Assembly (NCBI GenBank): GCA_964016885.1
Contig: OZ024761.1
Location: 21,576,001-21,640,000 of the forward strand
Reading direction: 5' to 3'
Origin: Eledone cirrhosa
Lineage: Eukaryota
Length of the DNA stretch: 64,000 bases
Shown: positions 13,157-25,922 of the stretch, in pieces
Numbering within the stretch: position 1 is the stretch's first letter
Layout of the letters: every line of letters begins with the position of its first letter
Program-made: the position numbers and the translations under genes
Notes under the pieces: model-generated
Told to the model about the DNA's origin: nothing
The model's database searches: none
The model's input: only the letters and a program-made list of their open reading frames with translations

Positions 13157-13589
13157 AATATGGTTTTATAAATATAGTTTCCATTTATTAATATATTGTA
13201 TATATATATATATATATATATATTATGTGAGTGTGTGTGTGTGTGTATATATATACACATATATATATATACACATAGATATGTGTGTGATTTAAAAAGA
13301 TGTGGCTGCTATTTCTAGTAGGTCAGATGACCACATAGAGGGTTTCACATACACACACACCGGGCAGATAAAAAAAAAAAAGTCTTTCACCATTTAAGAA
13401 ATACTTTATTATATAATACAAACTGATTGCTCTGTCGTGAGTAATGTGAGACCTGAAGTATGGGTGAACTTCATGGCCTAGTTATCAGACTACCCACACA
13501 TATCTTCTGCTCTAGGTCAAACTGTTTTTTCCCTTTCTCTCTCTCTCCCTCTCTGTATATATATATATATAAATATATATATATACAGC

Positions 13590-14171
13590 TTCCGTTACCT
13601 GGGCGATAAAATCAGCAGTGGGGGAGGGTGCTCTGAAAGTACTGTAGCTAGAGTCAGAACTGGTTGGAAAAAGTTCAGAGAGCTTATACCACTATTAGCT
13701 GCTAAAGGGTTCTCCCTAAAAATGAAAGGCAGGTTGTACGATGCCTGCATACGAACAGCAATGTTGCATGGTAGTGAGACCTGGGCATTGTGTGCAGAGG
13801 ATATACGCAGACTAGAGAGGAACGAAGCTTGCATGCTCCGCTGGATGTGTAACAGTAATATACGTGAACGGCAAAGCATAAACAAACTAAGGAAAAAATT
13901 AGAGATAAGAGGGATCAGATGTTGTTTACTCGAGAGAAGGCTGCGTTGGTATGGACACGTGATGCGCATGAAAGTCGATAGCTGTATTACAAAGTGCAGG
14001 GCAATAAAGATAGACGGTAGCCACGGAATAGGCAGACCTAGAAAAACATGGGATGAGCTGATAAACTCCGACCTCACACACTTACACCTCTCCAAGACAA
14101 TGTCACTGGACCGTGACCTTTGGCGGTACTCAGTAACAGAGAAGACCCGCCTTGCCAGTAGGCATCTCTAA
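13590..14171 (+). mobile_element. RTE-clade LINE, 5'-truncated (RT C-terminal part)
   Basis: YLG...ARVRTGWKKFREL...LYDACIRTAMLHGSETW...RRLRWYGHVMR...GRPRKTW motifs. Confidence 0.9.
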
Positions 14172-14643
14172 CAAACTACACCCCGTCCCGCCACCACCCC
14201 CACCCCATCCACACCACCCCGTTCTATGTAAAGTTATGTTGGTGCCGCGCCATCCAGGCCGAAACAAATGAGATCGTGTAGGTGTCACGACAAAAAAACA
14301 CACAGTCCACGCTGTAATGTGGCCGTGTAGGCAACACGGTAAAAACCTCCCAGACCCACACTGTAAATGTGGTTGGTGTTAGGAAGGGCATCCAACTGTA
14401 GAAAACCTGCCAGACAGTCCTATGCGAGCAAGACAATCACTCTTGCCTCAAGTGGGACTACCCCCGTCCAAACCCATGCAAGCGTGGAACACGGACGTTA
14501 AACGTTGATGATGATGATGATGATGATGATGATATATATATATATGTAGGAGGTGAGTTTTATTGTAGTACAATAAAGCAATGCAGATATCGGATAAGAA
14601 GCACTCTACAGTTTGTAGGACTGGAGTATACATAATATATAAG

Positions 14644-14689
<46 letters not shown>

Positions 14690-14977
14690 CTTGTATTTGC
14701 GATTGTAATCTTTCAGTCATTACCCAAGATTCATGACCTGCGGGTAGCCAACTCTGTGCCGATGGTGGTGAGTAGGGAGATGGTCCTAGGGCCAAGGACA
14801 CTAGAAATCTCCACTGCCAAGGGTTTGACCACAAACCTGTCGGAGTGACCGACATTTGAAGAAATTAAAATAGTTTATCTTTACTCAAACTTGAAAAGAA
14901 AGAAAAGTCCATTAGAAAAGTGACATTTCAGGAAAAACCTAATTTTCTAGAAAATGACAGAACCACAGTCATGGCTC

Positions 14978-15029
<52 letters not shown>

Positions 15030-15551
15030 GTATATATATGTACACACATGTATATATGTACTTTTATGTGTATATATATATTTATATATATATATATATA
15101 TAATTGTTTCTGGAAAAACATTTCGTCCGACGCTCTACGGATTCTGCCAATAATGAAAATTATTGTGTATACATAAGGAAAATTTAATAAAAGGGTTTGA
15201 AAAGCACACCTGGTATATATTTAAACGATCTTTATATCATGTACAAAAATTAATGTTAGGAAAGCCTGCTTTCTCTGTTTTGGATTATCAAAACATTTGT
15301 TATTAGTTAAGTTGTTTTTTTTCATTATAACTCCTGTATGTTGATTCTCAACCACAAGAAGGTAGGGTCTATAGCTCCCTCAGAAACTGGTACAATGGAA
15401 GTAAGAATGAGGAATGTATCCTTAGACAAGAGGCATGTGGTCTGAATAGTTGCTACAAACGGAAGGGTTCTAATTAACTACAGTCACTCACCCAAGGAGT
15501 ATATAAGTGGTAGTGGTCATGTTAAACCAGGCACCAGGCAGTACAGATAGA

Positions 15552-15780
15552 TTAACCCTTTAGCATTTACATTACTCTATATATAGTATTGTATTTTTGT
15601 GGTAAAGGCTTTATCTTACATAATTATCTCACATAATATTGAATCTATGAGATTTTGATATTATTTATTTTGAGAACAATACCTTAACATGAGTATGAGT
15701 GACCAGTTACGGCCAGTTTTAACTGAAAGAGGTGAGAAAATTCTGGCCGGATATGGCTGGTTTAAATGCTAAAGGGTTAA
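15552..15780. mobile_element. piggyBac-like MITE family A just downstream of the DIABLO-like stop codon
   Basis: TTAA-CCCTTTAGCATTT...AAATGCTAAAGGG-TTAA, 40 bp after the stop. Confidence 0.9.
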
Positions 15781-15819
15781 ATTTATGACTCAAACAGGTC
15801 CCAGCTTATTATGATTTTG

Positions 15820-16085
15820 TCACGATGGGATGTTGTTATTTATAGAATCTGTGTCAGAATTAACCGGTTCCTTTCCGGTCCTTGAAATGTCTTCGACTTG
15901 CTCAGTTTTGAAACCCGTATTGAGAATTTTGTTGTTTGTGTCCTCATTTCTTGTGGCTAATATGTCTTTTGCCATACATTCGTTCATCAATTCACTGGCA
16001 AATACTCTTCTTTCTTTTGCCTCGTCTGCTTCTTCCCACATTTGATGGGGTGAAGAATGGATTGTACAACTCAGTTCTTCATTAC
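15820..16085 (-). CDS. DIABLO: Smac/DIABLO-like, exon 5 (last)
   Basis: Acceptor cacctttag|GT, phase 1; GNEELSCTIHSSPHQMWEEADEAKERR...IPS*. EVAFMSG-NEELS aligns with human EAAYQTG-ADQAS. Confidence 0.8.
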
Positions 16086-16477
16086 CTAAAGGTGAGAAAA
16101 AATAATTAATAAGAGGAATGATCAGTGTTAGAAACAGCAGTGAAATCTACTTGAAACTATACCTTACATTGTTAAAAATGGAAGGACACATTAAGTAGTG
16201 CAGTCCAAGATATACAGGTCCTGTCTGGAATGTCTGTCTATCTACATAAAAGGAATCATCAGTGCTAGAAACAGCAGTGAAATCGACTTCAAGCTATACC
16301 TTACATTGTTACAAATGGAAGAACACATTAAGTAGTGTAGTCCGAGATAGACATGTCATAAATGTCTGTCTATCTACATATCTGTTTCTGTCCATCTATC
16401 TCTCTTATTTGTTTATCCATCTATATCTATTTCAGCACAGTGTTTCTCTCTCTTTATAGAGAGAATAAGAAAGAGAT

Positions 16478-16740
16478 AGAGGAGGAAGAATTGACCCCAG
16501 TCCTAGACTGGTACTTTATTTATTGATCATGAGGAGGAAGAATTGACCCCAGTCCTAGACTGGTACTTTATTTATTGATCATGAGGAGGAAGAATTGACC
16601 CCAGTCCTAGACTGGTACTTTATTTATTGATCATGGGGAGGAAGAATTGACGCCAGTCCTAGACTGGTACTTTATTTATTGATCATGGGGAGGAAGAATT
16701 GACCCCTGTCCTAGACTGGTACTTTATTTATTGATCATGG
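16478..16740. repeat. 52-bp tandem repeat x5 derived from a SINE central segment
   Basis: Unit gaggaggaagaattgaccccagtcctagactggtactttatttattgatcat, continuing into a SINE head at 16740-16800. Confidence 0.8.
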
Positions 16741-16852
16741 GAAAGATAAAAGCAAAATTGAGCTCAGCAGGACTTGAACTCAGAACACGAAGAACGCCAA
16801 ATCCACTGTGTTACTACATCTATTACAATATTGATAATGTAAAGACACTAAC

Positions 16853-16922
16853 CTGACATGAAAGCAACTTCAGACAACTGTTTCATCAACCGGTCCATAC
16901 TGGCTAAAACCAGATGTAATTT
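16853..16922 (-). CDS. DIABLO: Smac/DIABLO-like, exon 4
   Basis: ctttccag|AAA...TCA G|gttagt; KLHLVLASMDRLMKQLSEVAFMS. Confidence 0.8.
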
Positions 16923-16955
16923 CTGGAAAGATAGAACAATTTAGACAAAAATTAC

Positions 16956-19900
16956 TTAACCCTTTCATTACCATATTTCTAATGAAAGACACTGCCTATG
17001 TCATTAACCCTTTCATTACCATATTTCTAATGAAAGACACTGTCTATGTCATTAACCCTTTCATTACCTTATTTCTAATGAAAGACACTGTCTATGTCAT
17101 TAACCCTTTCATTACCTTATTTCTAATGAAAGACACTGTCTATGCCATTAACCCTTTCATTACCATATTTCTAATGAAAGACACTGTCTATGTCATTAAC
17201 CCTTTCATTACCTTATTTCTAATGAAAGACACTGTCTATGTCATTAACCCTTTCATTACCTTATTTCTAATGAAAGACACTGTCTATGTCATTAACCCTT
17301 TCATTACCATATTTCTAATGTAAGACAGTGTCTATGTCATTAACCCTTCCATTATCATATTTCTAATGAAAGACACTGTCTATGTCATTAACCCTTTCAT
17401 TACCATATTTCTAATGAAAGACAGTGTCTATGTCATTAACCCTTTCATTACCATATTTCTAATGAAAGACACTGTCTATGTCATTAACCCTTTCATTACC
17501 TTATTTCTAATGAAAGACACTGTCTATGTCATTAACCCTTTCATTACCTTATTTCTAATGAGAGACACTGTCTATGTCATTAACCCTTTCATTACCATAT
17601 TTCTAATGTAAGACAGTGTCTATGTCATTAACCCTTTCATTACCATATTTCTAATGAAAGACACTGTCTATGTCATTAACCCTTTCATTACCATATTTCT
17701 AATGAAAGACACTGTCTATGTCATTAACCCTTCCATTACCATATTTCTAATGAAAGACAATGTCTATGTCATTAACCCTTCCATTACCATATTTCTAATG
17801 AAAGACACTGCCTATGTCATTAACCCTTCCATTACCATATTTCTAATGAAAGATACTGTATATGTCATTAACTCTTCCATTACCATATTTCTAATGAAAG
17901 ACACTGTCTATGTCATTAACCCTTTCATTACCATATTTCTAATGAAAGACACTGTATATGTCATTAACCCTTCCATTACCATATTTCTAATGAAAGACAC
18001 TGCCTATGTCATTAACCCTTCCATTACCATATTTCTAATGAAAGACACTGCCTATGTCATTAACCCTTCCATTACCATATTTCTAATGAAAGACACTGTA
18101 TATGTCATTAACCCTTCCATTACCATATTTCTAATGAAAGACACTGCCTATGTCATTAACCCTTCCATTACCATATTTCTAATGAAAGACACTGCCTATG
18201 TCATTAACCCTTCCATTACCATATTTCTAATGAAAGACACTGCCTATGTCATTAACCCTTCCATTACCATATTTCTAATGAAAGACACTGCCTATGTCAT
18301 TAACCCTTCCATTACCATATTTCTAATGAAAGACACTGCCTATGTCATTAACCCTTCCATTACCATATTTCTAATGAAAGACACTGCCTATGTCATTAAC
18401 CCTTCCATTACCATATTTCTAATGAAAGACACTGTCTATGTCATTAACCCTTTCATTACCATATTTCTAATGAAAGACACTGCCTATGTCATTAACCCTT
18501 CCATTACCATATTTCTAATGAAAGACACTGTCTATGTCATTAACCCTTTCATTAACATATTTCTAATGAAAGACACTGCCTATGTCATTAACCCTTCCAT
18601 TACCATATTTCTAATGAAAGACACTGCCTATGTCATTAACCCTTCCATTACCATATTTCTAATGAAAGACACTGCCTATGTCATTAACCCTTTCACTACC
18701 ATATTTCTAATGAAAGACACTGCCTATGTCATTAACCCTTCCATTACCATATTTCTAATGAAAGACACTGCCTATGTCATTAACCCTTTCACTACCATAT
18801 TTCTAATGAAAGACACTGCCTATGTCATTAACCCTTCCATTACCATATTTCTAATGAAAGACACTGTCTATGTCATTAACCCTTTCACTACCATATTTCT
18901 AATGAAAGACACTGCCTATGTCATTAACCCTTCCATTACCATATTTCTAATGAAAGACACTGCCTATGTCATTAACCCTTTCATTACCATATTTCTAATG
19001 AAAGACACTGCCTATGTCATTAACCCTTCCATTACCATATTTCTAATGAAAGACACTGCCTATGTCATTAACCCTTTCACTACCATATTTCTAATGAAAG
19101 ACACTGCCTATGTCATTAACCCTTCCATTACCATATTTCTAATGAAAGACACTGTCTATGTCATTAACCCTTTCACTACCATATTTCTAATGAAAGACAC
19201 TGCCTATGTCATTAACCCTTTCATTACCATATTTCTAATGAAAGACACTGCCTATGTCATTAACCCTTCCATTACCATATTTCTAATGAAAGACACTGTC
19301 TATGTCATTAACCCTTTCATTACCATATTTCTAATGAAAGACACTGCCTATGTCATTAACCCTTTCATTACCATATTTCTAATGAAAGACACTGTCTATG
19401 TCATTAACCCTTCCATTACCATATTTCTAATGAAAGACACTGCCTACGTCATTAACCCTTCCATTACCATATTTCTAATGAAAGACACTGTTTATGTCAT
19501 TAACCCTTCCATTACCATATTTCTAATGAAAGACACTGCCTATGTCATTAACCCTTTCATTACCATATTTCTAATGAAAGACACTGCCTATGTCATTAAC
19601 CCTTCCATTACCATATTTCTAATGAAAGACACTGTCTATGTCATTAACCCTTCCATTACCATATTTCTAATGAAAGACACTGCCTATGTCATTAACCCTT
19701 CCATTACCATATTTCTAATGAAAGACACTGCCTATGTCATTAACCCTTTCATTACCATATTTCTAATGAAAGACACTGTCTATGTCATTAACCCTTCCAT
19801 TACCATATTTCTAATGAAAGACACTGCCTATGTCATTAACCCTTCCATTACCATATTTCTAATGAAAGACACTGCCTATGTCATTAACCCTTCCATTACC

Positions 19901-20890
19901 ATATTTCTAATGAAAGACACTGTTTATGTCATTAACCCTTCCATTACCATATTTCTAATGAAAGACACTGTTTATGTCATTAACCCTTCCATTACCATAT
20001 TTCTAATGAAAGACACTGCCTATGTCATTAACCCTCTCATTACCATATTTCTAATGAAAGACACTGCCTATGTCATTAACCCTTTCATTACCATATTTCT
20101 AATGAAAGACACTGCCTATGTCATTAACCCTTCCATTACCATATTTCTAATGAAAGACACTGCCTATGTCATTAACCCTTCCATTAACATATTTCTAATG
20201 AAAGACACTGCCTATGTCATTAACCCTTTCATTACCATATTTCTAATGAAAGACACTGCCTATGTCATTAACCCTTTCATTACCATATTTCTAATGAAAG
20301 ACACTGTCTATGTCATTAACCCTTTCATTACCATATTTCTAATGAAAGACACTGTCTATGTCATTAACCCTTTCATTACCATATTTCTAATGAAAGACAC
20401 TGCCTATGTCATTAACCCTTCCATTACCATATTTCTAATGAAAGACACTGCCTATGTCATTAACCCTTCCATTACCATATTTCTAATGAAAGACACTGCC
20501 TATGTCATTAACCCTTCCATTACCATATCTCTAATGAAAGACACTGTCTATGTCATTAACCCTTCCATTACCATATTTCTAATGAAAGACACTGCCTATG
20601 TCATTAACCCTTCCATTACCATATTTCTAATGAAAGACACTGTCTATGTCATTAACCCTTCCATTACCATATTTCTAATGAAAGACACTGTTTATGTCAT
20701 TAACCCTTCCATTACCATATTTCTAATGAAAGACACTGTCTATGTCATTAACCCTTCCATTACCATATTTCTAATGAAAGACACTGTCTATGTCATTAAC
20801 CCTTTCATTACCATATTTCTAATGAAAGACACTGCCTATGTCATTAACCCTTTCATTACCATATTTCTAATGAAAGACACTACCTATGTC
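16956..20890. repeat. 48-bp minisatellite, ~82 copies, filling DIABLO-like intron 3
   Basis: Unit TTAACCCTTYCATTACCATATTTCTAATGAAAGACACTGYCTATGTCA; matches the terminal TTAA+TIR of MITE family B. Confidence 0.97.
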
Positions 20891-21036
20891 GATGGTATGG
20901 TTTGTGGTATCTGTTTTAGTTCTGTATATTCTGAGTTCAAGAGTTCAATGGTATGGTTCCCTTCCCTTTTTTCCATTCCAACCCCTGACAAAACCGATAG
21001 TAAAAAACAAGAGAACATAACAAACCCTTGCCTTAC

Positions 21037-21171
21037 CTTGATTTTCTCTTTACAATCATTTATTTCTGACCGTGTGTCAATAATAAGGGTCCATAACGTC
21101 TCCCCTTCTCCATCTAGCAGGCCAACATGTTTCAGATATGCCGAGTAATAATCAATGAATTTATAGATGAG
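21037..21171 (-). CDS. DIABLO: Smac/DIABLO-like, exon 3
   Basis: tatccag|CTC...AAG|gtaagg; LIYKFIDYYSAYLKHVGLLDGEGETLWTLIIDTRSEI resembles human [38 protein letters not shown]. Confidence 0.82.
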
Positions 21172-21394
21172 CTGGATAATATAAAACAAAAAAATCAGTT
21201 GGAAATGGTTGCTTCTGACAGGACCTAGTTGAAGGAGGTGCTTGAGGACTCTGCCCCCATAACCCTTCCAAGAATAGGTGGTCAAAGAGGAAGGAGGAGG
21301 ACGGGGGGAAGAAGAAGAGTGTGTGTATGTAGAGAGAGAGTGTGTGTGTGTATGTGTGTGTGAGTAGAGAGAAAAAGAGATAAAGGGAGCTTAC

Positions 21395-21514
21395 TCTTGT
21401 GCATTCATTCTCAGCTTTTGTCAGTATACCAAGTGTGACTTCAAACAAGGTTACTGTAGCATCTTTGGTCTTCAAGAATTCCTCATCAAACTCTGGGATG
21501 GTAGATAAAGACAC
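21395..21514 (-). CDS. DIABLO: Smac/DIABLO-like, exon 2
   Basis: ctctag|GTG...AGA|gtaagc, 120 nt, phase 0/0; ...TLGILTKAENECTR resembles human TTYALIEAITEYTK. Confidence 0.78.
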
Positions 21515-21644
21515 CTAGAGAGAAATAATAGGAAATTGTTCTTCAAATTGCAGCAGTTATCTCTTTTGATACTAAATCACTTCTGGTTCTACGATATAAA
21601 ACTGTTTATTTTAAAGTAGGTTTCTGGTTTAGAGTAGGTACACC

Positions 21645-21888
21645 CAGAGGTGTAGCTAGGCTAACGTAAGCATGGCACGTTCCATGGGCACCACTTGGAC
21701 TAGGAACATGTTCTATTAAAGTTAAATAAACCTCGTCAGCGAGTGAAAAAAAAACTTCTTCAGATGGTGGCTGGATCATTAAACCATTTATATAAATTAT
21801 TAGACCTCCATAGGTAAAAATACAGTGCTGGGCAGGGGCACAATTTTACTGCTTGCCGTAGGAGCTATTACCCCTAATTATGCCTCTG
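21645..21888. mobile_element. hAT-like MITE with 8-bp TSD
   Basis: TSD GGTACACC at 21637-21644 and 21889-21896; TIRs CAGAGGTGTAGCTAGG / CCTAATTATGCCTCTG. Confidence 0.85.
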
Positions 21889-22274
21889 GGTACACCGTAA
21901 CCCTGCATGTCAGAAGCGACTGAAGGTTTATTTTTCAACATAGTCCCTGGAAAGAAACAATGCAGTTATTAATAAGAAGAGTTGAAATTAATGCATGCAA
22001 GATTTCACAGCTCTAGCATCACTCCTTCATAGGGGCAGGAAGTGGTGATGTTAAACTGGGTGGTAGATTAAGTCTCCAATCCTAGGGGACTCCACTAATG
22101 ACACCCAAGGGCCAAGTAGACTTTCTGCGTTCTGATTTCAAATACCACCAAAGCCAGCTTTCACTTTCATCCTCCCCTCGGTCAATAAAGTCAAGTACCA
22201 GTAATGTACTGAGGTCGATTTAACTGACTCTCTTCCCCACAAAATGCTGGCCTTGTGCCAATGTTAGAAATCAC

Positions 22275-22476
22275 TCAGTAATCGGTAGAGTATCGTACAA
22301 CATACTTAGTGCTATAGGGTTGCGGCCCTTTACGGCCTGAGTTCAAATCCCGCCGAGGTTAGCTTTGCCGTTCATCTTTACCGGGTCGATAAAATAAAGT
22401 ACCAGTAATACACCGGGGTCGATTTAATCGACCCCCCCCCCCTTAAATTGCTGGCCTTGTGCCTAAATCAGAAACC
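22275..22476 (+). mobile_element. tRNA-derived SINE with Meta-like central domain
   Basis: B-box GAGTTCAAATCC followed by ...ttcatc...gggtcgataaaataaagtaccag. Copies at ~1289-1455, 7905-8040, 23895-24090, 26095-26280, 33115-33232, 46460-46635, 51768-51882, 57950-58090 and 63805-64000. Confidence 0.75.
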
Positions 22477-22489
22477 ATTATAAACTTAC

Positions 22490-22660
22490 CGGCGTTTCGT
22501 CATTGTCGTCACATTGGTTGACATCAACATGCAAGGTGCTCCTCAGTCGAACCACAGTTGATGTACCCACAACTAACCGGAAGGTTTGACAACGGATAAT
22601 CGGAACACATTTACGAGATAAAAAGCCGAACAGTCTGGTCAGCCTGTAGGCCGCTGCCAT
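22490..22660 (-). CDS. DIABLO: Smac/DIABLO-like, exon 1 (mitochondrial presequence-like)
   Basis: ATG at 22660; MAAAYRLTRLFGFLSRKCVPIIRCQTFRL... is Arg-rich and acid-free; donor CCG|gtaagt, phase 0. Confidence 0.75.
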
Positions 22661-23131
22661 CACACACACACTCACTCCTAGTAATGTTGTAATGTTTCCT
22701 TACAACAATGAAATGAAAACAGAGACAAGATAACGTGGAGCAGACATGTTTACACACGGGAAATATCCACTTCATAGTTTCGTATAAAAAAAATACTATT
22801 AAAAAAATGTCTTTTTTCAAGTCTCAAACATCAAAATATTTCCAGAAAATATAATTTTTCAAGCAAAGTCAAAAGAAAAATATTTCTTTTAACAGAAGTT
22901 TTCATATTATTACGTTAAAATAAATATATATGAAAAAACATTAATATTCCCAGAAAATGAAAGTTTCAACTTTTAATTATAGTTTTTTTTTTCTATTATA
23001 TATTTTAAATAAAAGAAAATAGTGAAATCTTTATTATTTTTCTGGCGATAAGAAGTTTTCCAATAGATACGCAACTAAGACTAGCTCTACTTGATGTTAG
23101 CAGGAAAGTGTGTGACTACCAGCTGTTAGAC
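22661..23131. promoter_or_regulatory. Probable bidirectional promoter and 5'UTRs (DIABLO-like / PCYOX1-like)
   Basis: Only ~470 bp separate the two divergent ATGs. Confidence 0.65.
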
Positions 23132-23213
23132 ATGTCTAAATTGATACTCTGCCTCACAGTGTGGCTTTACCTTAACTCTGTGCTGGCTTTTGAGGAAGAA
23201 CTCCCAAGAATCG
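23132..23213 (+). CDS. PCYOX1: Prenylcysteine oxidase, exon 1 (signal peptide)
   Basis: MSKLILCLTVWLYLNSVLA|FEEELPRI; donor G|gtaagg, phase 1, joins AVIGAGIGG. Confidence 0.85.
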
Positions 23214-24293
23214 GTAAGGCTAGCTCTATAATTTACCACTAGAAGTAGTCATTTAAAAAAATTCTTTCTAAATCTACTTGTTTGGTCAACAGACAGCTAA
23301 TGCCAAGGAAGCGTATTCTGCCCCCAACCTCACCTTTTTCCTAATAATATGGGAGGTTCATTCATAAAACACCACACCACATCATATCACAATAGTAACA
23401 CCACCCCCACCCCAATCACAACACGCTGTCGTTCTACCTGCTAGAAACAACAGCTAAATCTGCCCCCAAATCAACAGTCTTGTCTGTCTTAATTAAGAAA
23501 AAAAGAGGACATCGCGTAAGGTTGCGAGGTCCCGCCAAAACAAGAGGATGGTCTGAGCTGTATCGTACGATTGACCATGGTCAATAATCGTTGGTCATTG
23601 TCCATTGTCCATATAGCAGCACCATAGAAAGTGTTTGAGCCAACGGTGGAGCCTATGTTTAGTTAGAAATAGCAGCCAAGTTCCGTTAAATCATATCTGA
23701 CCAGAATTCTCTCATCTCTTTCTGTTCAAACCGGACGTAACTAGCTGCTCATACTGATGTTAAAGTTTTGTTCTCAAAATAAATAATCTCATAGAATCGA
23801 TATTATGTGAGATAAAGTGTTTACAGTGAAAATGTAATAGTAAATATAGAGTAATGGAACTAAAGGGTTAAATCATAATTATAGAATTATTGTTAATTTA
23901 GGCACAAGGTCTGCAATTTGTTTGGAGTGGAAAAGTCTCTTATATCAGTCTCAATATTTTACTGGTACTTTATTTTATCGACCCCAGAAGGATGAAAGGT
24001 AAAGTTATCCCTGGCAGAATTGGAATACCGCCGTAACTAAATGACGCAAAACATTTTATCCGATGCTCCAACGATTCTGCCAATCCACTGTCATAAGAAT
24101 ACATTAGATAATGTAAACACCACCCGCCTCCCGACACCTTATATATCTTAAATATGGTAATTTGGTACCCAGTCAGGGTAATTAGACTCAAACCAAGGTA
24201 GAGATGATTCTCTTCTGAGTATCGAACATCACTTGGTATCGATGTCTCCTAGATGGACATCAATACGAGAAGCGATAGTTCAACTTGTGTATG

Positions 24294-24327
<34 letters not shown>

Positions 24328-25350
24328 AGTAACAGTCTATATAGTGTATATACACAATATATACACTATACTGTCCATATAATATACACAGGTAACAATC
24401 TATATAAACTATATACAATCTAGCTATACACCTTATATATATGTTAAGTATGGTCATTTGGTACCCTGTAAGGGTAATTAGACTCATACCAAGGTAGAGA
24501 TGACCCTCTTCTGAGTATCGATGTCTCCCAGATGGACATCAATAAGAGAAGCGATAGTTCAACTTGAGCGGGTGGTTGGTCCACTCTTTCTCTAGCCTTG
24601 AAGAGATGGCCACGGTTGGAGCATTGTTGCTTTATAAGTTAGCTCGACCTGGGCTGACCTGTGGCTAAGCAATAACATATGTATTCGTGTATTTTTAGAC
24701 CAACAGAAGTGTGTAACATTTGTTGGTTTTGTGTCGACGAGAGAGCCCCTACTCAATCGATCGACTTGCTAGAAATAGCAACTAAATTGTCATGAAATCA
24801 CACCTCCCTAATTTTGTTTGTTTTTAATAGGGACGCGTTGTGTAATGTGGTCCTCCTAGAAACAACAGCCAAGGGCTATAGAACACCATGTATACTAATG
24901 TGACTATACTAAGGCACATATATGTGTGTGTACATGAATTGTGCGTGTGTGAGTATGTTTGTGTACATGAGGTGTGTGTGTGTATGTTTGTGTACATGAG
25001 TTGTTTGTGTACATGAGTTGTGTGTGTATGTTTGTGTACATAAGTTATGTGTGTGTGTGTATGTTTGTGTACATGAGTTGTGTGTGTGTATACATGTGTA
25101 TCTGTATGTTTGTGTACATGAGTTGTATGTGTACATGTTTTGTGTATGACGTGTGGCATATGTTATGTGTGTGTGTCTATATTTGCATATATTAAGTGTA
25201 TATTGTATGCATGTGTCATGTCGTGTGTGTGTGTGTGTGCGTGTCACGTAAGCCATAACAACCGAAGAAAGGTACTCAGTGGACCTTGACAGATAAAACT
25301 TGATAAAATGTTTATTGTTAATAAATCTTAACGAGGATAAAGTTCTTCTA

Positions 25351-25642
25351 ATTGTTAGCTATCGTTGAGGGCAATAGCCTGATAGTATTGTTAGCTATCG
25401 TTGAGGGCAATAGCCTGATAGTATTGTTAGCTATTGTTGAGGGCAATAGCTTAATAGAATTATTAGCTATCGTTGAGGGCAATAGCCTGATAGTATTGTT
25501 AGCTATCGTTGAGGGCAATAGCCCGATAGAATTGTTAGCTCTCGTTGAGGGCAATAGCCTGATAGAATTGTTAGCTCTCATTGAGGGCAATAGCCTGATA
25601 GAATTGTTAGCTCTGATTGAGGGCAATAGCTTAATAGAATTA
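25351..25642. repeat. 36-bp minisatellite x8
   Basis: Unit ttgttagctatcgttgagggcaatagcctgatagta, in PCYOX1 intron 1. Confidence 0.92.
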
Positions 25643-25715
25643 GATGTAGTTGAATTGATAGAAACTTTGTTGTTTAACTTTTCTCCAATATTTATTTACC
25701 ATTAAATTCTTGCAG

Positions 25716-25922
25716 CTGTGATTGGTGCTGGCATCGGAGGTACCTCAACTGCTTACTACCTGCGCCAGCTGTTTGGGGACCAGGCCACAATAGACATCTA
25801 TGAACCCAACAATGTAGGTGGACGTTTGACCAATTTCGACTATGACGGTGAAATTGTTGAAACTGGCGGCAGTACTCTTCATCCAAAAAACGCCTACATG
25901 GTGAATTTTACAAAGATTTTAG
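25716..25922 (+). CDS. PCYOX1: Prenylcysteine oxidase, exon 2 (FAD-binding GxGxxG)
   Basis: ttgcag|CT; VIGAGIGGTSTAYYL...VGGRL...ETGGSTLHPKN; donor G|gtaagg. Confidence 0.93.

Noticed and set aside
17654-21148. 1164-aa ORF of 16-aa repeats
   Set aside because: It is the translation of a 48-bp (multiple of 3) intronic satellite antisense to DIABLO; the unit derives from a transposon end and neighbouring units carry stops
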